A model generated the notes under the pieces. It did not search any database, had not been told where the DNA came from, and saw nothing but the letters and a program-made list of their open reading frames with translations. This document shows, piece by piece, positions 57,340-64,000 of a stretch of DNA of 64,000 nt (positions are counted from its first letter, which is position 1; every line of letters starts with the position of its first letter). The stretch comes from a virus (taxonomy: Duplodnaviria; Caudoviricetes). A program made the translations under genes and the position numbers. The stretch is from IMG/VR virus record IMGVR_UViG_3300036985_003381, positions 325 through 64,324 of that record; one strand, given 5' to 3'.

Positions 57340-57825
57340 TTAATCCTTACATTCAAAGTGCATCCAATCGTAATTCTTTTCTACTCCTAAAGAAATAAAA
57401 CCTCTCAAATAAAATATATCAATCATTTTTTGATATTCAGGTCGGGCAAATCTTGCCGTTTTACTTGTTTCTTTTAATTGGTTTCTTTCAGGGTCTAAGT
57501 CTATTGCTATTCCCCAACTGTGTCGGCTATAATCAGAACCTCCACGCATTGCACGAAAATTAAAACAACCTCCAAATAAATCAATACCTAATTCTACAAT
57601 TTTTTCATATCCGTAAGCATTTAGCAAATCTTGGAATACTAACTGAAAACGGTCTGCTGCCGCTTTATGACATCGCATAGTTGTAACCTTTGTGTTCTTA
57701 TCCCACGCCAAACGCATAGGGTAAGGCAACTTAATTGAAACTAAATACGTTCCTTGTTGGTTCGGTTTGCCGTACTTCTTAATGGCTTGTTCTGTTGTTA
57801 TCATATTGCGTGGTCGGGGAACCAA
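57340..57825 (-). CDS. Endolysin, M15-family peptidase
   Basis: FNFR, SRHSWGIAID, DWMHFE motifs. Confidence 0.88.
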   Translation of the reverse strand: MVPRPRNMITTEQAIKKYGKPNQQGTYLVSIKLPYPMRLAWDKNTKVTTMRCHKAAADRFQLVFQDLLNAYGYEKIVELGIDLFGGCFNFRAMRGGSDYSRHSWGIAIDLDPERNQLKETSKTARFARPEYQKMIDIFYLRGFISLGVEKNYDWMHFECKD

Positions 57826-57841
57826 TCGTTATCTTCATCCA

Positions 57842-58093
57842 TTACTTTGCAACTCCGAACATTTTTGACAGGGTAAAAACAAACATATCTAAACCTTTTA
57901 AATATACCCCTAATCTTACTTTGGTGTCATCGTGTAGACTTGGATCGGCTGCTATAATAAACGCTGCAACTGTAGTCAAAGCGAATACTACTCTAAACGT
58001 CCATTTCGCCCAATCGGGGGTTTCTGCTACTATTGCTTTTTTAGTGAAAGGTCTTATTGTTTTATTGTTCGTTTTTAACTGCATTTTCAACAT
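57842..58093 (-). CDS. Holin-like membrane protein
   Basis: Two hydrophobic segments, upstream of endolysin. Confidence 0.55.
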   Translation of the reverse strand: MLKMQLKTNNKTIRPFTKKAIVAETPDWAKWTFRVVFALTTVAAFIIAADPSLHDDTKVRLGVYLKGLDMFVFTLSKMFGVAK

Positions 58094-58415
58094 GATTACG
58101 TTCTATTAAATTTAATATTCCTGCTATTGCTTTCCCCAATGGATAAAGTGTTCCTTTAGCTTTGTTCATACCTAGTACATAACTAATTGTTTCATCGGGG
58201 TTTCCGCATCTATGACCATTTGGTTTTATCATAAAATCATTCAATAAAAACTGACAAACCGTATTACCTGTTTGGTCAATACTTAAAGCACATTGCCAAA
58301 AATAATAACTTAACCCTTTGTGGAAGATTGAACGAATTAATCCGTACACTAAAGATATTGGCATTAAAATAAACGCCATTAAACTTGCTACAATCATTAA
58401 TATTAAATTTATCAT
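58062..58415 (-). CDS. Conserved membrane protein of lysis region
   Basis: N-terminal TM; SIDQ.GN, GNPDETIS.VLG motifs. Confidence 0.7.
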   Translation of the reverse strand: MINLILMIVASLMAFILMPISLVYGLIRSIFHKGLSYYFWQCALSIDQTGNTVCQFLLNDFMIKPNGHRCGNPDETISYVLGMNKAKGTLYPLGKAIAGILNLIERNHVENAVKNEQ

Positions 58416-58579
58416 CTGTTACTATTATTCTTTTTTAACCAAGTTATAATTGCCAAAACTGAAACAATTGTCCCAGCAATAAAACATAAAAATTGAACTA
58501 TGGGCATTAATGTAGAAGTTAATCCAGCTATGAATAGCAACCAAGAACTAAATACTGATTGATTAAGGTTTTGGTGCAT
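58412..58579 (-). CDS. Small two-TM protein, holin-like (55 aa, not in ORF track)
   Basis: MHQNLNQSVFSSWLLFIAGLTSTLMPIVQFLCFIAGTIVSVLAIITWLKKNNSNR. Confidence 0.6.
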   Translation of the reverse strand: MHQNLNQSVFSSWLLFIAGLTSTLMPIVQFLCFIAGTIVSVLAIITWLKKNNSNR

Positions 58580-58715
58580 CTGTCGATTCTAAGGCTTGTT
58601 TAATGCTTTGTAATGCGTTAATAATAGCTGAGGCATCTGCAAGATTGTAACATCCCTTAGTTGTCGCTAAATTAAGTGCTTGCTCAATAATTTGTAATGA
58701 ATTTTCTGCGTCCAT
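58563..58715 (-). CDS. Small helical protein (50 aa, not in ORF track)
   Basis: MDAENSLQIIEQALNLATTKGCYNLADASAIINALQ...; fills the gap. Confidence 0.6.
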   Translation of the reverse strand: MDAENSLQIIEQALNLATTKGCYNLADASAIINALQSIKQALESTDAPKP

Positions 58716-58717
58716 AT

Positions 58718-59056
58718 TTAAAAAGGTAAAGGTGTGTTTACAGGTGCTATTGGTGGGTTAATTTGACTTTCTATATTTCCATCAATTGATATATATATAT
58801 TCTGAATAGCGTAAGTACCAAGTGCTTCTTGTACCCATCCAATAACAATTTCGTTTGTTAATTCATCATATGGAATATAATCAGGTTGGTCATAAATTAC
58901 CGTTAATTCTTGTGTAAAATATAAAGAGCATTGGTACTTATTATCAGTATCGTTTATGCCTAATACATCGTAATTAACTATTACAACGTAATCTGTTTCA
59001 TTTCCTATAGTTTCGGTTAACAACGATGTGGTTGTCCAAGTATATGTGTTACTCAT
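58718..59056 (-). CDS. Tail-fibre-associated small protein
   Basis: YTW start, PYDELT.E.V.GWV..ALG motif, PLPF end; follows fibre gene. Confidence 0.65.
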   Translation of the reverse strand: MSNTYTWTTTSLLTETIGNETDYVVIVNYDVLGINDTDNKYQCSLYFTQELTVIYDQPDYIPYDELTNEIVIGWVQEALGTYAIQNIYISIDGNIESQINPPIAPVNTPLPF

Positions 59057-60684
59057 TATGCTAATAATATTTTTTGTGCTACTCCATTAATTACTACATT
59101 CCAATATTGTGTTGATGTATTTACTGCTGGGGTTACTGCTCCAGCTACCGTACCAACACTTCCTACAACAAATTGGTTATTTGCCGTTGCAGTTGCAGAA
59201 GCACCAAGTAAGACACAACCACTAAAATTTGTAGCAGTCGTTAAATATCCTAATGCTGAGTTATTTGTTCCACTTGCATTGGCAAGTAAACTCTGATAAC
59301 CTATTGCTGTGTTATTAGATGCTGACGTTGTAGAAGATAATGCTTGGTTTCCTACGGCTACGTTATAATTTCCCGAATTACAAGCGTTTAGCGAATTACT
59401 GCCTATCGCTACATTATACCCTCCAGTATTACAAGCATTCAAACTATAACTACCAACAGATGTGTTATACGTACCAGCATTTGCACTTATTTGACTTGCT
59501 GCACCGAGTGCCGTATTAAAAACACCGCTGGTTAAGTTTCTTAAAGATGCATCTCCAAAAGCACAATTATTGCTTCCTGTACTATCTCTTAATGAATTTC
59601 TCCCAACCGCACAACTTGAGTCTCCACTTGAACTATTAAGCATTGACTGCCAACCTATCGCTACATTACTAGTACCATAAGCATTTGTATAATATGCCTG
59701 ATGCCCTATTGCAGTATTATAGCTATTTTGACAATTATATGCAGCACCCGAACCTACTGCCGTACAACTAAGATTACCACCCTGAAAAAGTGCCATAGAA
59801 CCTAACCCAGTATTATTGCTTCCAGTCGTACCATAGAATTTAGCAAAACATCCAACAGAAGTATTATCTGTACCAGTTGTTAATGAGCGTTGTGAACTAG
59901 AACCTATTGCAGTATTATAATAACCAGTAGTTTGTGTTTTTAATGCACGATACCCAATAGCAGTATTTTCATAACCTGTCGTGTTTGCATTTAACGCCTC
60001 AAAACCAAAGGTAGTATTTGTAGCTATGCTTCCAGTCCCTAACCCAGCAAATAAAGTGTTAATGGTCATATCAGAAGTTGTAGTCTTTCTACCAGCAAAG
60101 CTTTGTGCTGCCGTTGTAACGACACCGCCAAAAGAAACACTCGCTGGTTGCAAATTTAAGGTAGAACCTACAATGGTCATTCCATTGGCATTTGGAACTG
60201 CACCTATTGTAGTTATTGCAGATAATCCTCCTACAACAATGTCTCCACTTCCTAAAAGTGAAATTGAATTTATAGTCTTTATATTAGTAGCAGATATTAA
60301 AGTATCTTGCTTACTTGCCGCCAATCCTGAATATTGTGAATTTGTCGCATTATCCCCAGTATTAGTTCCGCTTGTATTCCCTATAATTACTAATTGAGCA
60401 TCAGTAACATATCTTTTATTGGTAGTGTCGGCTATGTCGGATGTTGTGGCATCTGCCCCAGTAGTTATTAATCCTTTAACATCATAAGTAATCTTAGTTT
60501 TGGTTGCACCGACAATAGCTGCATTCTCATCAACCTTCAAATCTATGCCTAAGCCTATTATTAACTCAGCAGCGCTTATTTTCTTTGTTTCATTTGCCGA
60601 GACATCAACTATTGGCAGGACATCTAAGCTGTCTACATTTACCCCTAATAATGGGGTTAGGTCAGTTATTTTTTGATTTGGCAT
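59056..60684 (-). CDS. Tail fibre with YadA-head-like 14-aa repeats
   Basis: KITDL N-terminal anchor, many NTAIG/NVAIG repeats. Confidence 0.8.
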   Translation of the reverse strand: MPNQKITDLTPLLGVNVDSLDVLPIVDVSANETKKISAAELIIGLGIDLKVDENAAIVGATKTKITYDVKGLITTGADATTSDIADTTNKRYVTDAQLVIIGNTSGTNTGDNATNSQYSGLAASKQDTLISATNIKTINSISLLGSGDIVVGGLSAITTIGAVPNANGMTIVGSTLNLQPASVSFGGVVTTAAQSFAGRKTTTSDMTINTLFAGLGTGSIATNTTFGFEALNANTTGYENTAIGYRALKTQTTGYYNTAIGSSSQRSLTTGTDNTSVGCFAKFYGTTGSNNTGLGSMALFQGGNLSCTAVGSGAAYNCQNSYNTAIGHQAYYTNAYGTSNVAIGWQSMLNSSSGDSSCAVGRNSLRDSTGSNNCAFGDASLRNLTSGVFNTALGAASQISANAGTYNTSVGSYSLNACNTGGYNVAIGSNSLNACNSGNYNVAVGNQALSSTTSASNNTAIGYQSLLANASGTNNSALGYLTTATNFSGCVLLGASATATANNQFVVGSVGTVAGAVTPAVNTSTQYWNVVINGVAQKILLA

Positions 60685-60825
60685 TATAGTTCTATTTTAA
60701 AATTATTTTGTTGCAACATAAACCCCCCATTTTGGACAAGTAAATAATTTACCCCGGCAGGATTCCCCCCTGAATTATCTGACATTCCTATAGCAATACC
60801 TATTGCTAGCATAGTACTATTCATA

Positions 60826-61299
60826 TTACCAAAGAGCTAAAACTAATGTTGCTGTAGTATTTGTTGAAAGTATTTTTACGACTTGAACAGGAACAAATGA
60901 TCCTGCCGAAAGCCCTGTAAATAAAACAGTATCTCCAGCAGCCGTCATTACATTTAGGTTTCCTGCTCCCCCTACATATAATACAGAGCCTTCATTTGGG
61001 CTTTCTGCATCATAAATAATATACGACTTTGGATCTGCTGTAAATATATTGGCATTAAGCGTAAGCACGGTTTCGCTATCTACAGTTAATACCGTTGCTG
61101 CCGTGGAGTCTGTTATATTATAAACAATATCCTGTGGCTTTACTTTTGAAGTTATAAATGTAGCAGCAGAGTTTATCAGCTCCAATGCAGTTGTAGAAGT
61201 ATTTGTACCTGATGTAACTACAGCAGGATATGGGACATTAGCATTATCTGACGGAATTACAGATAAGGCTCTTGATGGTTGTAGTTTTTGACTTGGCAT
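60826..61299 (-). CDS. Small structural protein
   Basis: LYVGGAGNL.V....GD.V.F..L.AG...PVQV motif. Confidence 0.65.
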   Translation of the reverse strand: MPSQKLQPSRALSVIPSDNANVPYPAVVTSGTNTSTTALELINSAATFITSKVKPQDIVYNITDSTAATVLTVDSETVLTLNANIFTADPKSYIIYDAESPNEGSVLYVGGAGNLNVMTAAGDTVLFTGLSAGSFVPVQVVKILSTNTTATLVLALW

Positions 61300-61307
61300 T
61301 TTATTTT

Positions 61308-61580
61308 TTAATTAATATTTTTTAATTTCATAACCGCATTTGTATCAGGGTTATATTTAAAGTTTTCTCTAGGTTTATTATATCTTTTAGAGGCTCTATC
61401 AATAGCCCTCTGCTCTGCTGTCATATTGTTCCTTTTCTCTCCCTCAGATGTAAGTGTTTTACCATCTATACCCAAGTGACCTCTTTTTTGTAATAGTTTT
61501 ATTGCAAAATCTCTGCTACCAACCTGGACAGATAATCTGTTTACCAACTCCCCAACTCCCATATATTTTTTACTTGCCAT
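61308..61580 (-). CDS. Hypothetical basic protein
   Basis: 90-aa ORF in late operon. Confidence 0.65.
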   Translation of the reverse strand: MASKKYMGVGELVNRLSVQVGSRDFAIKLLQKRGHLGIDGKTLTSEGEKRNNMTAEQRAIDRASKRYNKPRENFKYNPDTNAVMKLKNIN

Positions 61581-61734
61581 ATGGGAAAATCTTATTTAAT
61601 GTATCTTTCCTTTTATTACATCCACAGTCTTCTACGCCCATAATTTCTGTTGCTTTTTTTACAAGTTTTTTTACTCCTGTAGAAACAGTTATCATCTCAA
61701 TTGTATCGCCTAACCCTTTGTGTCTTGTTACCAT
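61570..61734 (-). CDS. Conserved small phage protein (54 aa, not in ORF track)
   Basis: KGLGDTIE.IT..TGVKK.V......EDCGC.KRK..LN..FPY pattern. Confidence 0.7.
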   Translation of the reverse strand: MVTRHKGLGDTIEMITVSTGVKKLVKKATEIMGVEDCGCNKRKDTLNKIFPYGK

Positions 61735-61764
61735 TAGATATTTGAATGACTGATATTAATTTTA

Positions 61765-61785
61765 TATATTTGTGATACAAAAGTA
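61765..61785. promoter_or_regulatory. Opposed overlapping -7 elements
   Basis: TATATTTG (+, 61765-61772) and TACTTTTG (-, 61785-61778) between divergent starts 61734 and 61800. Confidence 0.5.
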
Positions 61786-61799
61786 ATAAATTAAATCTA

Positions 61800-62261
61800 A
61801 TGCAAAACATAAAAAATGATTTCTTAAAATATTGGTCAGTAATACGATATTTTGTCCGTGCAAAATACGGGCTAAACCAACAACAACTAGACCTTATATT
61901 GTTTCTTTATTCTGAAAAATATTTTACATTAAAGAAATTTGAAGAACTAGACAATGTCCTTATGTGGGACAAGAAAAGACTTGTTAATATGATAAATGAT
62001 GGATGGATCGATATATTTATAAAAAAAACAGGAACCAATACCATCTATAAACTGTCCTACAAATCTATCAGACTATGCATATCCATTTATAATAAAGTTA
62101 ACGGGGATGAAATCCCTACATCACCTTGCCACAACCCTATGTTTAGAAAAAAAGTAGGATTTAGTGACAAGGTGTACAAACATATGATAATAAATATGAA
62201 CGAAATAATAAAAAAGAAAAAGATGAATCCAAATACAGACCTAGATGGGGTCTATGACTAA
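61800..62261 (+). CDS. Putative winged-helix DNA-binding protein
   Basis: Lone + strand gene in the late arm; LDLILFLYSE..GWI..YKLS pattern. Confidence 0.6.
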   Translation: MQNIKNDFLKYWSVIRYFVRAKYGLNQQQLDLILFLYSEKYFTLKKFEELDNVLMWDKKRLVNMINDGWIDIFIKKTGTNTIYKLSYKSIRLCISIYNKVNGDEIPTSPCHNPMFRKKVGFSDKVYKHMIINMNEIIKKKKMNPNTDLDGVYD

Positions 62262-62515
62262 ACTACCACAACAACATCTCTTTCTTGTATAATTGTATAC
62301 TGCTGTCCATCTATCAACATAGTAAATGCACTTGACTTGTCATAGTATATTTTATCTCCAGACACTATGTTATCAACTGCGGTACCGCTCTCAATGACAT
62401 CAGCTCTCTTATAACGCATACTAGCCACATCATCATTAGATAGCAATATACCTGACTGGGTCTTTACCTCCTCAACTACGTCCTTTATTACTAAAAATTT
62501 TCCTATTGGTTTCAT
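62258..62515 (-). CDS. groES: Co-chaperonin GroES
   Basis: MKPIG, KTQSGILL mobile loop, GDKI, IDGQQYTIIQERDV. Confidence 0.88.
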   Translation of the reverse strand: MKPIGKFLVIKDVVEEVKTQSGILLSNDDVASMRYKRADVIESGTAVDNIVSGDKIYYDKSSAFTMLIDGQQYTIIQERDVVVVV

Positions 62516-62745
62516 ATCGCTTTAACTTTAAAATACCCTATACACGAAAACACTCTAACTGCTGTTCTTTCCTTTAGGTTAATATGGTTAACATATGCAA
62601 TACTATGCCATGGACCTTTTTTGTAACTAATGTATACATACTTGTACCCCTTAGATGTTAATCTGTCTTTTACTGAATTACTATCCGTAGGGATTAATAA
62701 TATAACTGCTACTATTGCTATTAAAATTAATATTAACTCTGCCAT
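62512..62745 (-). CDS. Small N-terminally anchored membrane protein
   Basis: Hydrophobic N-terminus; coupled between groEL and groES. Confidence 0.6.
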   Translation of the reverse strand: MAELILILIAIVAVILLIPTDSNSVKDRLTSKGYKYVYISYKKGPWHSIAYVNHINLKERTAVRVFSCIGYFKVKAI

Positions 62746-64000
62746 CTATTTTGTATCGTAAGTTCTAGCCATTGTTATCACCGCATTTGTGCTAAGTATA
62801 GTTGTAGCTACACTGATAGCATTCTGTAACGCTATTCTCGTTACCTTTAATGGGTCCACTACACCCATCTTTATTAAATCACCAACCTCCTCAGTCTTTA
62901 AATTGTATCCAATGCTGTTTTCTGATTTATTGCGCTTAATTTTATCATAAATAAATCTATAGTCAATGCCAACATTCAATAGTATTTGCTTTATTGGTGC
63001 ATGTAATGCCTCGCATATTATTCGTTCCGCTACATTCTCATCAGTTATTTTTTCCGGTATATCTCTAAAACTTTGGTTGTATAATGCAACACCTCCCCCA
63101 GGTAACACGCCCTCCTCTATGGCAGAACGTACTGCACATACCGCATCCTCAACCCTGTCATATAATTCTTTCTGCTCTAAGTCAGTATTACCACCAACAT
63201 ATATAACCCCTATGCCTCCCATCAACGATGCAATTCTCTCCATAAGAAAGTCCTTGTCGGATTTTTTAGTCGCAACATCATATGCGTTCCTTAGCTGCTC
63301 AACCCTTTCTGATATAACACCATTGTTAGACTTCTTGTCTGAACGAACAATAATAGTCTTTGAATTATTTATTATTGCCCGGGTTGCGTGACCCAAATCC
63401 TCAAATGTCATATGACTCAAGTCATCACCAGTCTTCTCGCTGAAATATGTGGCTCCAACACTTACAGCAATGTCTTGCATTAACTCATGTTGCTTGTATC
63501 CGAAATTCGGTGGCTGTATGACGCATAATTTCAAACTGTTCTTCATGACATTTGCAGCCAATGTGTTTACTACATTCGCCCCACACGGTGATATTATTAG
63601 TAACTTATTGCCATTGGTTATTATTGGCTTAAGTATGCTTTCTATCTGAAGTATGTTCGTTATCTCTACATCTGACACCAACACATACACATCATCCAAT
63701 ATGCACTCATCCCTCTCTTGGTTGTTTATAAACATCTGAGATGTATACCCCCTATCTATCTTCAGCCCCATTGTAGTTTGCGTATATGTCAGCTCTGTCT
63801 GTGACTTCTCCACTGTAACTATACCATCTCCACCGAGCTCACTATATATCCCAGCAATTATACCACCAATATTAGCGTCATTGTTCGATGATATTGTCGC
63901 TACATCCAATATTATATCAGGTGTACACGCTATACTGTCACTCTTTAAATTCTTTATTATTTTCTCGGAAATCTTTGTCATGTGCCTTAACACATTCGTG
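62746..64000 (-). CDS. groEL: Chaperonin GroEL (5' end beyond window)
   Basis: VATISSN, DRGY.S, P.FG, ERIA.L.GG, RVEDA..A.R.A.EEG..PGGG, GVVDPLKVTR.ALQNA motifs. Confidence 0.95.
   Translation of the reverse strand, partial: TNVLRHMTKISEKIIKNLKSDSIACTPDIILDVATISSNNDANIGGIIAGIYSELGGDGIVTVEKSQTELTYTQTTMGLKIDRGYTSQMFINNQERDECILDDVYVLVSDVEITNILQIESILKPIITNGNKLLIISPCGANVVNTLAANVMKNSLKLCVIQPPNFGYKQHELMQDIAVSVGATYFSEKTGDDLSHMTFEDLGHATRAIINNSKTIIVRSDKKSNNGVISERVEQLRNAYDVATKKSDKDFLMERIASLMGGIGVIYVGGNTDLEQKELYDRVEDAVCAVRSAIEEGVLPGGGVALYNQSFRDIPEKITDENVAERIICEALHAPIKQILLNVGIDYRFIYDKIKRNKSENSIGYNLKTEEVGDLIKMGVVDPLKVTRIALQNAISVATTILSTNAVITMARTYDTK

Noticed and set aside
579-63649. Antisense and off-frame ORFs in the track (e.g. 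888..1127, 12033..12392, 21174..21767, 62966..63391)
   Set aside because: Shadows of longer genes with recognisable motifs; no independent coding signal
1-64000. Stop-codon reassignment
   Set aside because: Standard code gives dense, uninterrupted ORFs ending in TAA, TAG and TGA
1-64000. Integrase, tRNA or prophage attachment site
   Set aside because: No tyrosine or serine recombinase motifs, cloverleaf or host genes recognised; they could lie outside the window

Overview
AT-rich, gene-dense window that reads as most of the genome of a tailed dsDNA phage, probably of a Bacteroidota host (BT4734/VirE-N type primase, TAnnTTTG -7 promoter elements, A-rich start contexts). The structural gene set and order resemble crAss-related/Flavobacteriia podoviruses. 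The + strand arm (about 0.9-19.4 kb) holds small early genes, Gp88-like, two DnaA-domain-IV-like proteins, two C5 DNA methyltransferase-like genes, a Rad52-like annealase, exonuclease, SSB, primase-helicase, SF2 helicase and VRR-NUC. The - strand arm (64 kb to 19.4 kb) holds GroEL/GroES, tail fibre, lysis genes, a tandem GroES-like protein, an intein-containing terminase, portal, scaffold, major capsid, tail proteins, ejection proteins and a 4577-aa polyvalent protein. No integrase, DNA polymerase, RNA polymerase, tRNA or CRISPR was recognised. Best leads: (1) an integron-like gene-cassette array at 16.56-17.80 kb with attC-like hairpins of unusual 5/2 geometry, self-complementary cassette ends and no visible integrase; (2) the giant protein is a string of modules each bounded by a recurring (V)SKSQ(K) motif downstream of an HExxH protease, suggesting a self-processed polyprotein; (3) hidden +1-frame ORFs and a poly-A slippery site inside that gene; (4) four copies of a 19-bp palindrome punctuating the early genes; (5) a duplicated iteron/AT-rich origin-like element. 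Family calls come from motif recognition by eye; no searches were run.
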